A stretch of 64,000 nt of DNA, from assembly GCA_964016885.1 (NCBI GenBank), contig OZ024755.1, forward strand, positions 13,764,001 to 13,828,000. The letters are read 5' to 3'. The notes under the pieces were generated by a model. It worked only from the letters and a program-made list of their open reading frames with translations, did not search any database and was not told the origin of the DNA. Shown in pieces: positions 41,345 through 55,547 of the stretch. The position numbers and the translations under genes are program-made. This DNA is from Eledone cirrhosa. Its lineage: Eukaryota. Positions within the stretch are counted from its first letter, which is position 1. Every line of letters starts with the position of its first letter.

Positions 41345-41428
<84 letters not shown>

Positions 41429-41842
41429 TTAACCACTACACTACTACGCTAAGGGGTTGCTGACACCTTTCCCCGACTTTTTCGAAGGCTATAAATCTTG
41501 GTAGCTAGAATGTAGCTTTAGAATTATGTGAGATAAAGACAAATTCAGAGAAACGCTATTAAATTCTACCACCCACTGTCATTATTTGTGATAATTCTGG
41601 AAATATTTAAAAGGATGGACAATTGCATTATACCGATGAGTATTGTAGCATGTATGTAACATTTATATTAATATATACACTTATATACTTCTGTACATAA
41701 GAACAAACACGCACACACTCACACACACGCGCATACCCACGTGCACACAAACATGTACTTGGCCACATGATTACAACCGACTACTTAAGTAATTCAGATG
41801 AATCTGTTACAGAATAGATTTTTCTAATAACAACGCAGGTAC

Positions 41843-42160
41843 GGCAGGCACGGTTAAGAAAGTCGCTTTGCAAGCTTAACGCCTCGTAGGTGATACCACT
41901 ACGTGGCATCTTTGATATTTGCTATATATCATAAGCTTGGATTGACTCATGTGAATGAAATTGGTTGTACGGAAACTATGTGGAAGCCCATTTGATGAGG
42001 TGTACGTGTAATTCGAATTTAAAGAGTCTGACGTGTGACATATTCTGTCACGATGATTGGGCTTGGAAATTATGTTAAGAGGTACATATGTCTGTGGAAT
42101 ATTCAACCCCTTACATTGATTAAGCAGCTACATGCTCATCTCGAAATCGACGGAAGATCC
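41843..42160 (+). mobile_element. SINE family C followed by a SINE family B tail
   Basis: GGTTAAGAAAGTCGCTTTGC..GTGGCATCTTTG..CGGAAACTATGTGGAAGCCC then AATTATGTTAAGAGGTACATATGTCTGTGGAAT. Confidence 0.55.
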
Positions 42161-42409
42161 ATCATTAACCACATACTTTTGCTACTGTTGCCGATGATGT
42201 TGCTAATTATTTTGTTGTTATTATTTAACCACTGGTTAGCTTTCCTTCACACCTGAAATAAAGGATATTCCAGCATATATATTATTCGGTTATAACCAGC
42301 ATATATATTATTCGGTAATACTATATCTCAGACTATATTATTCAATGAGTCTTTATTGTGTTAACACGATAGTCGGCGATTATGTTGATTATCTAGAAAT
42401 AATACGATC

Positions 42410-42770
42410 AGTAAATAAGTGGACGAAATGGGGTTCCTCGGAAGGGTGTTTGAAGTAAAGTTACTCGATAGAATTCATAGCTCGGAGGTCAGGTACTGTT
42501 TCTAGGGAGAGCTGCTATTTCTCAGAATCGAGAGATCACAGCTTCGATGCTACGGATATGTTGCTAGAATGTTTAAGGAAAGAATCAGTGAATAGATTTG
42601 ACGGGCAATGCCAGTCGGTAGGAGGCTTATTAGTAGACACCGGGTAAGATGGTTGGATAACATTCGTGAGCTCGGCTGGTCTTGCTTGGGGATCCAGCCG
42701 GATCAATTGGAGACGGTTGCTTCTGACAACACCCGATTTGTATTGAGTATTTGAAAAGTCTGCCCACACA
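42410..42770 (+). mobile_element. RTE-clade LINE 3' coding remnant
   Basis: EMGFLGRVFEVKLLDRIHSSEVR..LLFLRI/ERSQLRCYGYVARM..GRR..RVRWLDNI; homologous to 61925-62100. Confidence 0.75.
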
Positions 42771-42944
42771 CGAAACTTTCAGGAGTAAATGGGCAAAGTA
42801 GAGACGTCACATTTGGCTCACTTGTTTGTTATGGTGGTGATGACAGAGGGAAGGATCTTTATTATCTCTACGTGTGCGTGGTTGTCAAGAATAGGTACTT
42901 GGTTTTCCTGATCTTATACGTGTGAGTAAATATATAACAGCCAT

Positions 42945-42968
42945 GATCATAATCGTCTACATCGTAGC

Positions 42969-43001
<33 letters not shown>

Positions 43002-43010
43002 AATCATCAA

Positions 43011-43042
<32 letters not shown>

Positions 43043-43445
43043 GCATCATCATCATCATCATCATCACCATCAATATCATCCTCCCCATCGTCACCTTCAT
43101 TACCGAAATCATCATTGGAATCATGACCAACATCCTCTCCACTTCATCATTATTATCTTCATTATCATCATCATTACCAACATTATCTTCGCTATAATCA
43201 TCATTATCATATCATAACCGCAGGCAATAATGACATCATCATCATTAGCATCATCATCATCAACGTCATCGTCATCATAATCATCATTATCATCATAATC
43301 ATCATTATAACTATAGCCAATAATGTCATTACCATCATCAACATTATCATTTTCATCATCATTATCAACATCATCATCATCGTTATTAACAACAATACCA
43401 TCAACACCGTCTTCACCAACAAGGCCACCGCCACTACCACCAGGT
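42945..43445. repeat. (CAT)n microsatellite and degenerate derivative
   Basis: Direct inspection. Confidence 0.9.
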
Positions 43446-43764
43446 CAACCCTCCAATACAATTCTCAGTAAAAATATAAAGAGATTGTGATTACTGATTA
43501 TCGCTTCTAATAAAATGAAGATTCTTTATCATTTCTTACAATCTCTCTCTCTCTTTCTCTCACTCTCTCCTCCCTCTCTCTCTCTCTCTCTTTCTCTCTC
43601 ACTAACTCTCTCCTTATCTCTCTCTTTCGCACTCTCTTTTACACACTCTTCTCTTACGCACCCACTCTCTCTCTCCCTAGCTCTTTCATACACACCCACC
43701 CACACACACATATATATATACCTTTTTGTCTCTGAATAAATATTCTCTTCTCTGTCTCTCTTAC

Positions 43765-43833
<69 letters not shown>

Positions 43834-44512
43834 AGATCGATATAGAATATAACGATCATATGTGTATCTGTTTATATATACACATCTGTCTCTTTCCCCT
43901 CTCTCTTCCCCCTTTCTCTCTATATCTATATACGTACACCCCTCTCTTATTCTCATCCTACCTACCTACCTCCCAACTTACCTATCTATCAATTGCAGAC
44001 ACAACATCACATTACATTCTCACATACTATAATACACACCAGAGCCAAACTAATTCAATAGCCGACACCATCCCACATGCTCATCATCACAAACATTGTT
44101 ACTCAAACCAACATACACATCATACATACACTCCACGCACACACCTATTATACAAACACACAAAATGATATATAATCATACACACAGTGATACATAATCA
44201 CACACATTGATATATAAGCTGAAATAGGAATTTACATATAGATCTCACGCATATGTACTAATATTTAAACATACGCATTCACACATACATATATTCCATC
44301 ATCAATAAATACACTTCTTATCTGATCTTCTACTACCCAGATGATTTAACAAGGTCAAGCAGTACTGAAATCTGTTTGAAAAGCTAGACAAAGGCTATTA
44401 TTGTCTTTTACACACACTCTCTGTATCTCTCTCCTATCACACTGAAAAATTTCTTTCTAAATTTCATCAATTCTCTCTTGTGTTTATACACATATATGTG
44501 TGTATACATGAA

Positions 44513-44584
<72 letters not shown>

Positions 44585-44624
44585 CCTCTCTCTCTCTCTC
44601 TTTCTTTATTTCTTTCTCCCTCTG

Positions 44625-44737
<113 letters not shown>

Positions 44738-45619
44738 CATCCATTGATGCATTTTTAAATTTTATTAACTTTCTCCACCACTCCATCTCTCTTTTTATAG
44801 ACACACATTCAAACACACATACAAAAACACATACATGCACGCACACATATATACACACACAATCACATAATTAATTGAATCACTACTTTGCTTTAGGACA
44901 AACATTCTTTGTAATGCTTCTATTTTCTTTGCTTTAATTAATTCGCGTTGCTAACGTCTGCACTGTTATGCAAATGAGCAGGCCAAATCAGTTTTTGTCC
45001 GAAAGTGTCTACTATGAATAGCTTTTAGCTACTATCCCGTTTCAGACTATAGAATAATAGCAACAACAATAATGATAATAATATTGATAATAAAATATGA
45101 TCACTGCCAAGTTCCCCATCTTATGTTTGTTCAGGCCGCGGTTTGCTTCACTGAATATTTTAACCAGCCATGCATACTTCTATATGTTTATTACTAATCG
45201 AATGTACGTTATCATTACTGTAGCAAACTATGGTTATAGTTAAAGATTAACTTTTACTAGTAAAGTCTTAAGCGTTGCTGAATATTTTCCAATTGTACAA
45301 GACAGTAACGGATCATATTTGAATATCATTTAAAAATATATAGAGATATATAAAACATACAAATATTACTAAAAATAATTTAATCTCTGGAAAATTGCCA
45401 GATATTTATCACGGAATATAGAATCGGCGTCCATTACTTTCGAGAAATGTTCTAGTTGTTCCATCAATGAAATTATCGAGTAAGTGGCTAAGCATTCTAC
45501 GAACATGTGTCCCCATTACATGATTATCAAGCAGATCCAGTGAAACACTATGTGTGACATGGCTGGCCATTTGAATTACAGATACAGTCCATTTTGCATT
45601 ATAGTGCAAATGATAGAGT

Positions 45620-45837
45620 AGTGGATTGGAAGTATCGGTAGAGCGTCAGACAACATGCTTCGCAACATATTGTTGCATCTCTTTACGTTCTAAGTTCAAA
45701 TCCCGCTGAGGTTAGCTTTGCCTTTCATCCTTACTGGGTCGATAAAATAAAGTACCAGTAACGCACTGGGGTTGATTTAATTGACTTTCCCCTTACCTCA
45801 ACTTGTTGTCTTTGTGCCTAAATTACAAATCATTATA
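45620..45837 (+). mobile_element. SINE family A (long form)
   Basis: Full head and core plus an extra GTTGATTTAATTGACTTTCCCCTT segment before the tail. Confidence 0.75.
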
Positions 45838-46150
45838 GTGTAAATGATCGAATATTCCACAGACATCTGTAGACTTAAGGTAATATGTGACATGTCTGGC
45901 CTATTGATGAGCATGCATGGTTAACCCGACTATCACTATAGTATCAAATAGTGTCTATCCACACAACTTCACTCTCACGACTGAAGTCGACTCGACGGTT
46001 GTACGCGGATCGTAACCATTCGGTCATACTAGGTTCACAGCTTTTGTGCATAAAAACAAGAACTAATAGCAGTTTAAACTAGATATGAATAGCAACATCA
46101 ATGTTAATATTCATATTTCATTATATATATATATATATATAATGAAATAG

Positions 46151-46421
46151 GGCGGTGGATTGGCAGTATCGGTAAGGGTTGGACGCCATGCTTTGAAGCA
46201 TAGAGTTACCTCCCTTTATGACCTGAGTTCAAATCCTGCCGAGGTTAACTTTGCCTTTCATCCTTACGGGGTCGATAAAATAAAATACCAGTAATGCACT
46301 GGGATAATTGCTGGCCTTGTGCCAAAAGTAGAAACAATTATATATATATATATAGGGGTCGATAAAATAAAGTACCAGTAATGCACTGGGTAATTGCTGG
46401 CCTTGTGCCTAAAGTAGAAAC

Positions 46422-46427
<6 letters not shown>
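46151..46427 (+). mobile_element. SINE family A (short form) with duplicated 3' part (46355-46427)
   Basis: GGGGTCGATAAAATAAA...GTAGAAACAATTA is repeated after a short TA run. Confidence 0.8.
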
Positions 46428-46477
<50 letters not shown>

Positions 46478-46599
46478 ATATATATACATATGATATCTAT
46501 CTATATATACATATATATATGTTTGTATATATATATATATGTATGTATATATACATATGATATCTATCTATATATACATATATATATGTATGTATACAT

Positions 46600-46640
<41 letters not shown>

Positions 46641-46978
46641 ATATACGGAGATTACAAGTATTTTAGCTCTAAATAGTAAATAATTGGTACATATTTAGAA
46701 TTATTGAACAAAAGTGCCATCCAATAGCATCTATAGGTAAATTATGTTTCTCTCTTTTTACAATACAATGTCTGGTCTACGTTTGACCATAAACAGCAAC
46801 TTTCTAATATAAATAGAACACTATGTGTATAGGTAACCATTAACGTTTTAGAATTAGGCGGCGAATTGGTAGAGTTATTAGAACGTCAAAGAGAATGCTT
46901 TAATGTAGTCGTTCTTTCTCTCTATTTTTGTCTGTCTCTCTCACTCTCATTCTATCTCTGTCACTCTTCTTGTTTCCG

Positions 46979-47027
<49 letters not shown>

Positions 47028-47667
47028 CTGTCTCTTTCTCCATCTCTCTCTTCTTCTCTCCGCCTCTCTCTCTTTCTCACTCTTCCTTTCTTTCTCTCTC
47101 TCTCCCCCTCTTCCCCCCTCTCTCGAACTCTCTCTCTCTCCATTTATATAAAAACACGGCAATTTCTCTGGCAATAATGCTTTTCTTTTGACACCAATAG
47201 TGAGTAAATATGAATTTACAATCTCCAGGCTTCCCGTACAGAACTTATTTCAATATGATACAGTTAAGTGCATTTCCTTCTCATTCGGTAAGAATAATAG
47301 TGTCCAGTGTCCCTGGCTAACGTAGAAATAATCAATTAGGACATTTTGATACACTGTCAACGTTGATTGTTTATAGGCTTTATGACATCATGTTGAATTT
47401 TGAAGATAAACTTGATAAGTTCCAGTGAATGTTATAGTAATATCCACATCCTTGATATCTAAATCAAAATTCTATAGAGTATCAGCTTTCAGTTGTAATT
47501 TGATTGTCAAGACATTATTGATAATCAAATAAAAGTACTTTTGATTATCTCTTTCGTTACCATAATTCTAATGAAAGACATTCCTTATGGTTTTGAAATT
47601 ATTTTGAATATAAACAAACATTTGAAGAATTTGATAACGAACCTTTCTCATTATTAAGCTGTTGTAA

Positions 47668-47806
47668 TGGCGGTGGATTAGCAGCATCGATAGAGCGCCG
47701 TACAACATATTTTGCAGCATATAGTTAGGCCCCTTTACGTTCAAATCCTACCGAGAGTAGCTTTGCCTTTCATCATTCCGAGGTCGATAAAATAAAATAT
47801 CAGCCA
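47668..47806 (+). mobile_element. SINE family A
   Basis: GGCGGTGGATTAGC head, GTTCAAATCC, CTTTCATCATTCCGAGGTCGATAAAAT. Confidence 0.7.
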
Positions 47807-48410
47807 TGTCATTCAGTACAGATTAAGGAAGAGATTAAATAGATTTGGATCTTGTAGCTACTCAGCAATTTTCCAATTTAAACTAGCGAAAGAATTCCAT
47901 GATATCAATCATTAGAATTAAAGATATAGTACTTTTAAATTTAAATAATTTCATAATGCTATTAACTTATCGACCGAAAACCTTTAACCTTCAAATACAA
48001 AATGAATTTATTTTTAACTATTTCATACATGCGTTTAATCTCATTAAGATAAACTGATTATAAAACTATATGAGTAACATCTAAGCATTAGTTATTGGTA
48101 GGTTAAAATGTTCTAAATTCGTCTGACGGGGTGAAATATAAAAGGTATTGGTCTATACATTGTCTGTATTGAAGTAATAAATGCAGTCAAAACTTTCGTC
48201 TGCTTCAGTCGTTTGAAATTTAAATTTAAATGATTTGGTAGTCTACTGAAAATGGCGGCTAATCGTTATGTTCGTTTTGAATGTTATAAATGAATTATGG
48301 AAACAATATATTGCTTAAGGAAGATAAAACAGATATATTTTATTGGTACAAATTTGTGCAGTAATGGTTATAGTGTATCGTCCGTCTATTTTGACGGTGA
48401 GCGTTCGAAT

Positions 48411-48813
48411 CATGATGGATCTTCCGTCGGTTTCGAAGATGAGTGTTCCAGTTGTTTGATCAACTAAACGTTCCAGTCATGATGGGTATTCCGTCGGTAT
48501 CGATGATGAGTGTTCCAGTTGTTTGATCACCTGAACGTCCGACTCATAAATTAACAAGCAACAATGACGTATTCGACAGATATCTATGACCTTGAGTAAT
48601 TCTGAGGAAGAATCCGTGTAACATTATATGTGACCTGGCTAGACAGGTCGAACCCACCCTACATACATTTACACAGTTTACATCTGCACACTTTAATTCA
48701 CAAGGCCTGGCTTGACTGGGGATGTGGTAATAGAAATGTTCCTAAGATGCCACACAGTGGGGTCGAACCCGAGGTCTCATGTTGACGAAGCAAACTTCTT
48801 AGCCACACAGCCA
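48411..48813 (-). mobile_element. SINE family B tail (with a 67-bp tandem duplication) and a SINE family C copy
   Basis: CATGATGG..CCGTCGGT..GATGAGTGTTCCAGTTG at 48411 and 48478; family C at 48680-48813. Confidence 0.6.
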
Positions 48814-49829
48814 TCTTTAAAACATTAATACTGACCACATATATGGGCTGCTTTCAGAGAGAAAGAGGGAGAGATGGGGTGTTGTTAGTGGGATCATTCA
48901 ACAGTGATGTGCTCTGAGTAATACATTAGTTAACATATTGGTAATGTGTTTATAGTCAAGATAGATGACTATTAATATCCCTTAGTTAGAGAAAAAGGGA
49001 TCACGCCTGCATCTCATCTGTTTTAATGACAGGTTACACCAGTTCTATAATATCCCTATTTTTCTCTTGTCACCGGAAGCGAGATTTGAGCTCAAAGATC
49101 CGGAACAGGTTCACAAAACATCCTATTTGAGGTTTAACAATTCCGCATATCCACAGCCCTGCAATGATACTTTATTTATCGACCTGAAAGGAAAAAAGAC
49201 AAACTTAGCCTCAATGGGATTTAAACTCAGAGCGTATAGTGCCAGAACAAATAGTCCATACGTCTTTGAACATACGTTACCTTAAACAGGCTGACCTGCG
49301 GCTAAACAATATCAACAATAGCAACGATAATTGAATTTTATCGTTTCATGAAGGATAAAAGACAAAGTTAATTCTAATGGAATTTGAACTCAAACGTATA
49401 GCAATTCGCCGCCTAATGTGAGCTGTAAATAAGTATGATAGGATTGTAGGATTCACCGAAATGTAAATATTAGGAGAATGTTGAATCAAATGAGGGTCTC
49501 ATTTGTTTGCAGTGCTGATTTTAACACCTCTCGTGAACACCCAACCTCTATATAATATATAAGGTGTTAAAGAAAGGAGAAATAAGATTGAGCAACGTTT
49601 ACACCTTTTACAATGGCGTCAACAACAACAGGAAATTTTAAACAGATTCACAAATGTGTTAATATTTATATAAATAAATTGACGTGTTCTGTTTGTTAAT
49701 TTGCAAGCTATATGTAAAAAGCAGAGAAGCAAATTATATACATATAAGGTCATTGAACATTGCTGCTAGTTTTCATTATATATATATATAATTTCAAACC
49801 TGGTCACTGTTTCAAAACATACTTACTTG

Positions 49830-49875
<46 letters not shown>

Positions 49876-49907
49876 TCCATTATATATATATAAATATATA
49901 TAGTTTC

Positions 49908-49943
<36 letters not shown>

Positions 49944-49946
<3 letters not shown>

Positions 49947-50145
49947 AACGAGTAGGACCCCGACGGCTGAGCTCAAGCCGTTTCGACGGCTAATTCTGGA
50001 CTAAATTTAGTCCAGAATTAACCGTCGTAACGGCTTGAGCTCAGCCGTCGGGGTCCTACTCGTTCCTATTACCCACTCTATTACCCTAAGTATTGAGTAC
50101 TTTGGTGTGTTATGGTCCATCTGGTTCCTTACCACATTTCCTTCG

Positions 50146-50148
<3 letters not shown>
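49944..50148 (+). mobile_element. Fold-back mini-element family H1, copy 6
   Basis: Near-perfect 124-bp palindrome 49944-50067 (two arm mismatches), same tail, (TA)n on both sides. Confidence 0.85.
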
Positions 50149-50219
<71 letters not shown>

Positions 50220-50264
50220 TCATATATATATGTAAACAAGAGGTATAAGTCAACATTTCAATAC

Positions 50265-50350
<86 letters not shown>

Positions 50351-50535
50351 CTTGAACATACACTTCGGCTACTGGCAAACTTCTTACTAACTTCTTACTA
50401 TATATCTTCATTAATTAACAAGCACGAGCATTAATTATACCAAATTAGTACGCCCATTTCAGAATAACAGTAAGAGCGAATAGGTATATATACTTATCAA
50501 ATACATGTTTCCTTGTGGTTGATTGGATGATATAC

Positions 50536-50584
50536 ACGTCTTCCGGCGAGGGTCGAATAAGACCCAAACATCGATTAAAGATGT
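50536..50584 (+). ncRNA. Degenerate hammerhead motif in a TA-flanked island (50350-50650)
   Basis: ACGTCTT-CCGGCGA-GGGTC-gaataa-GACCC-AAA-CATCGAT-TA-AAGATGT: stems intact, core decayed. Confidence 0.5.
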
Positions 50585-50779
50585 TTAGCAATCTTTCAAT
50601 TTACAAGGACATTCGTATTTTCTGGCATTTTTACATGCCTATTTATTTGATATATGTATATATTTATATACGTTGGTGCAGTTTCAATTACACACTATTT
50701 ATACACATATAACTATATATATATATATATGCATGTGTGTGTACCCATGTATGTATGTGTGTATATATTCACTTATATA

Positions 50780-50860
<81 letters not shown>

Positions 50861-51086
50861 GCATATATATGTATATATATATATATATATACGTGTGTTT
50901 AATGGTAGCTATGGTGCTTCCATAGGCAGTATGCCAGTTGAGCACTCTATGTTCTTACAGAGCAGAGTGTGATATAATATAAAAAAACGAAAAATGAGTG
51001 ATGCATCTAGACTCAGTTTATAGCGTGTTACAATTGTTTCGCCGGCAGATAGCTCGATATATATATATATATATATAGAGAGAGAG

Positions 51087-51233
51087 GTAGTACATTGGAA
51101 GGTAATATCCGTAGTGGTAGAGCACTCAGTCCATGGGACGAATTAGGTAGAAGTGGTTACACAACGGTTAGTTCACCATACCGAGAACAATTGTTTCACC
51201 TTAGCGGATCCTGAAGGTGAAACAATTGTTCTC

Positions 51234-51238
<5 letters not shown>
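51087..51238 (-). mobile_element. Fold-back mini-element family H2
   Basis: 25-bp perfect arms ATACCGAGAACAATTGTTTCACCTT / AAGGTGAAACAATTGTTCTCGGTAT with an 11-nt loop; GAAA-CAATTG-TT half-hammerhead; ~90-nt tail shared with 27347-27467. Confidence 0.75.
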
Positions 51239-51297
<59 letters not shown>

Positions 51298-52174
51298 TAT
51301 ATATATATATATACATATACATATATGGGCGTGTGTGTTTTTAATATATATTTACATATTCATCGGTGACAATGGTGAATCTCAATAAGATGCCAATTTT
51401 CATATTTATGTTTTGTCACAACTGAGAATAAACATAAACAGCATTCAGGAGGCGCCTTCAGATCTATTATATCCATTCATTGTTAACACTATTTAACAGA
51501 TAATACGTACACATATCTATTAGAGCCATTGATAAAGATTTAATTTCTGTTATTTATCCTGTTTCATACTTATTGCTATTAAACTTTGCTCGGGAATCAG
51601 TTGAATCGGTTATCGTAAGCTATGGCAGTTTTGTCTGCTGTCGAATTACTTTGATATCTCTGTTATTAACGCCCGATTTGTTTAGAGTGAAAAGCAACAT
51701 TTTAACATTTTAATACAAATACTTTCACCACCATTTTATCATCACCACCATCACCACCACCATCACCACCACCACCACCACCACCACTACCACCACCACA
51801 ACTATCGTAACAGGCTGTAAATGTTTTACTTTTACGACAAATAATCTTTGAACATGCGAACATTGCCATTACTGTATAGATGGCTGAGTATTTCACAGGC
51901 ATTTATATCCCCTTAATATAATTCTCGGGCAGAATCAGAGAATCAGTGTAACACAACCTGTGAAAGGCTGACACTTTAAATAACAATCGTTGTCCATTTG
52001 TCGGACTTCTGCACTGATCCCGTCTACCCAATTTTACTCACAAGACTTAGGTCAGCCCAAGGCTGTGTAAAAAAACAAAAACAAAAAAAGACAATTGTCC
52101 AAGTTGCCTCGTCATCATTTATTTCTTTGGACAATGTCCTAACCAGAACTTCAGCAGACCATGTCTTTCTTCTC

Positions 52175-52280
52175 GTCCCGCCACACTACGCCACATCACG
52201 TCACACTACGCCACAATACGTCGCGTTATAGTACGTCACACTACGCCTCCCTACGCCACATTAAGTCACATCACGTTACT
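52175..52280. repeat. Short-period repeat (CACACTACGC/T, 10-bp)
   Basis: Direct inspection. Confidence 0.7.
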
Positions 52281-52719
52281 CCAGCCTATTGCCTATTAAA
52301 GTATGTAAATGAACACACACACACACTCAAGCACTTCTCTCCTTCTAGCTATGATGTCGCCTTAAACCGCGTGCAATTATTAAATGAAGATCGTTCTTGA
52401 CACTAAAGTAGATAACTGTCAAGTTATGTTGGAAGTATGTCAATAACCATGCGCAGATGTTAGTTAAATTCATGTCTACAATTTTTATTTTCTCATTTAA
52501 TGTAAATTGGCAGGAAAATAATTAATTATGGCGGTAATTACGTTACAAACCATGACAAACAATATACATAGAATATCCATTTGATTGAATATTAATATGA
52601 AAAACGAATTAGACAGTATATAGAAAAAGATATGGGAAGATATATCCGAGAGATATAAGAAAAATATACAAGAAATATTAAGTAATTGTATTTATTTTAT
52701 ACATGCGTATATATATGTT

Positions 52720-52757
<38 letters not shown>

Positions 52758-53279
52758 TACGCACATACATATATATATACATAGACACACACACACACAC
52801 GCACAGCCACCACACACCCATATGTATATATATAATTTTGCGCCACCGTGCTCATCAGGGGATAAGTGATCACTTTCTATATTTGGGATTTTTCTATATA
52901 AATTTAATCAGGTTTTTAATATTTATATCTTTAGACTGAGTAGACATGTTATATCTATTATGTGCGTCTCATGCGTTGAGAGCCACCAGTGGAGGAGGGC
53001 TGTTACTTTATACAAAACCTCTAGCAATATATATGTATGTAACCATGCACATACACACTCTCAAATATATATATATTTTTCTTTATGTGTGTGTATGAAT
53101 ATATATATATATGTAGGAGGTGAGTTTTATTGTAACACAATATTTTCTTTTCTTTCTTCCTCTTCCTTACCTTTTCCTTTTTTCCCAATCTCATATATCC
53201 ATCTTACTTTATTTTTTCATATGTTGATATAACACTTTACTGCTCCAAAGTGTTTTTTAAGCTTCATATCATGTCTCCC

Positions 53280-53350
53280 TATTTTATCTGATGAGAACGC
53301 AAATATCATCCCATGATGATATTTGTTTTTGAAATGCGCATAATAAAATA
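53280..53350 (+). ncRNA. Type I hammerhead ribozyme motif, canonical core, palindromic stem III
   Basis: TATTTTAT-CTGATGA-GAACG-CAAATATCATC-ccat-GATGATATTTG-TTTTT-GAAA-TGCGCA-TA-ATAAAATA; preceded by a pyrimidine-rich tract, followed by a ~39-nt tail and (TA)n. Confidence 0.8.
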
Positions 53351-53385
53351 CTTGGAACTCTTTTAACCATCTTTTGATCTTATAT

Positions 53386-53442
<57 letters not shown>

Positions 53443-54330
53443 CTTTTTGTGCACATACAGTGGAAAATAGACGCACTACATAGGTAGAATAATGTATATT
53501 ATAATTTGTGTATGTATGTATTGGCCAGTAACTCTTGATGCTATTGTAGGGGCGCGGTCGTGACACACGGCGTGTCTTGGACACTATAAAACTGCTGAAA
53601 TTCAAACCCTCACCAGATCTGAACACAGCCAATTTCTTCCAGAGAATGAGAGAGAGAGAGGGGAAAGAGGGAGTGAGGAAAGAGAGAGAGAGGAGAGAGA
53701 TAGAGAGAGGGGGAAAGAAAGAGACGTATAAAGAAAAAATCAACCCAAGTACTGAAAGCAAAGTTGACCTCAACTGGATTTGAAATCAGAGAATAGGAAC
53801 GAATACAGCGAAGTACTCTACCCAATATATTAACGATAATGCCAATTTACCGTCTCGTATTATAACATAAAGCGTAACTGCCATAAAAATGATATATCTA
53901 TATGTAGGTATGTGTAAGTGTAAAGGAAGCGCAAGGGTGAGTGCCTACTTCTACTTAGTAACTACTGGTTGTGAATTATAAGTCATGATAGACGAGACTA
54001 TTCTCGTTAACCCAATATTAGTGATTGGTGACTATCACAGATATACTTCTTTAAATGATGGACTCAGATCATACATTAGTTGTATCATGATGTGAAGAGT
54101 TAATATAATATCTTGATAAATATCCCTTTGATCACATACGTGGACTTATGTATATTAATTGACTACATAATTCACTATACTTCTCTCACAAAAGTGAGAT
54201 AAGCATTGATTACATACAGTTCTACACGCATATCTGTGCGCACATACGCACGTACACACACACATATATATAAACATATAAAAAGATATATAAATACCTA
54301 TAAAAAGGAGAAAACTCATCACTATGTGTA

Positions 54331-54363
<33 letters not shown>

Positions 54364-54378
54364 TTATATATGATTTTT

Positions 54379-54414
<36 letters not shown>

Positions 54415-54729
54415 TGTTCTGATATATATATATATATACATATATAGAGGGAGAGAGAGGGAGAAGGGGGTGGGGAAAGAGCGTGAGTGTAAGTGAGTTA
54501 AGTCTATCTGTGAAAGGGACATATAAATCTGCGATAAAAGGAGTTGAGAACTGAATCATAAAAAATGATGGAAGGATGATAACATTTAGCCGAAATGAAA
54601 AAAAAAATCCCCGTTATTATCTATTAGGGAATAAATCATTGCAAAGTTTAGTAGCACGTAGAGAAGATCACAACGTTTTAGCTCTCTCATTTAGACCATC
54701 GAGTCATGAAATAATTTTTTTTTGCTTTA

Positions 54730-54924
54730 AGCAGTAGGCCAAGAATGTTGGAGAAGGGCAAAGTCGATTAAATCGACTCCATTGCATTACTGGTACTTTA
54801 TTTTATCGATCCTATACGGATGAAAGGTAAAGCAAACCTCGACAGGATTTGAACTCAGAACATAAAGGGTCGTAACCCCTATTCCGCGAAGCTTGTTGTC
54901 CTATGCTCTACCGATACTGCCAGT
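54730..54924 (-). mobile_element. SINE family A (long form)
   Basis: Reverse complement of head, core and the GTCGATTTAATCGAC segment. Confidence 0.75.
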
Positions 54925-55547
54925 CTTGAAATAATTCGATGAGAATCTTCTCACTTAAGCACAATTTACATTGCTATTTTGAGAGAAAAGTGTCATGTTT
55001 ATATGGTAAATCATATTCTAGAACAAACTATTTGATTTTAAAAGCAACCGAACATGAACAGGTTCGTAAATTTGTTATCCGGATGCTTGAATAAACTGGT
55101 TTGTTGATTAAACCGTGCTTTGAATTCATTCTAACTCAATGCGATATCGAATTTTGGCACATTGCTGTTGTCTAGATATTCCTTAGCACAACAAAGCTAA
55201 CTTTGAGATGACAATTGTTTGAAGCAATAGAATTACGGATATTACAAGAAGCTGTATTATTGACGTTGGAATGTCTTTTTGAATTGAAATGTTTAATTGA
55301 ACAAAAATGTTATTGCAAAAATAGCTCTCCTTAATCGAATTTCTGTTAAAAATTTTATGATGACTATCACTTGGTTGGAAATGAAAAAATATTAAATTAA
55401 GGAGATCTTTAGAAATATTTGTTCTTCCATTTAAACTAAAATTTATATTATATCACAAAATATTTATTTTATGATTTGGAAATTATATAACGGAGAGTGT
55501 ACTGTATTTTATGTGGAACGCCATTATTGAGAAAACCTTGATCATAA

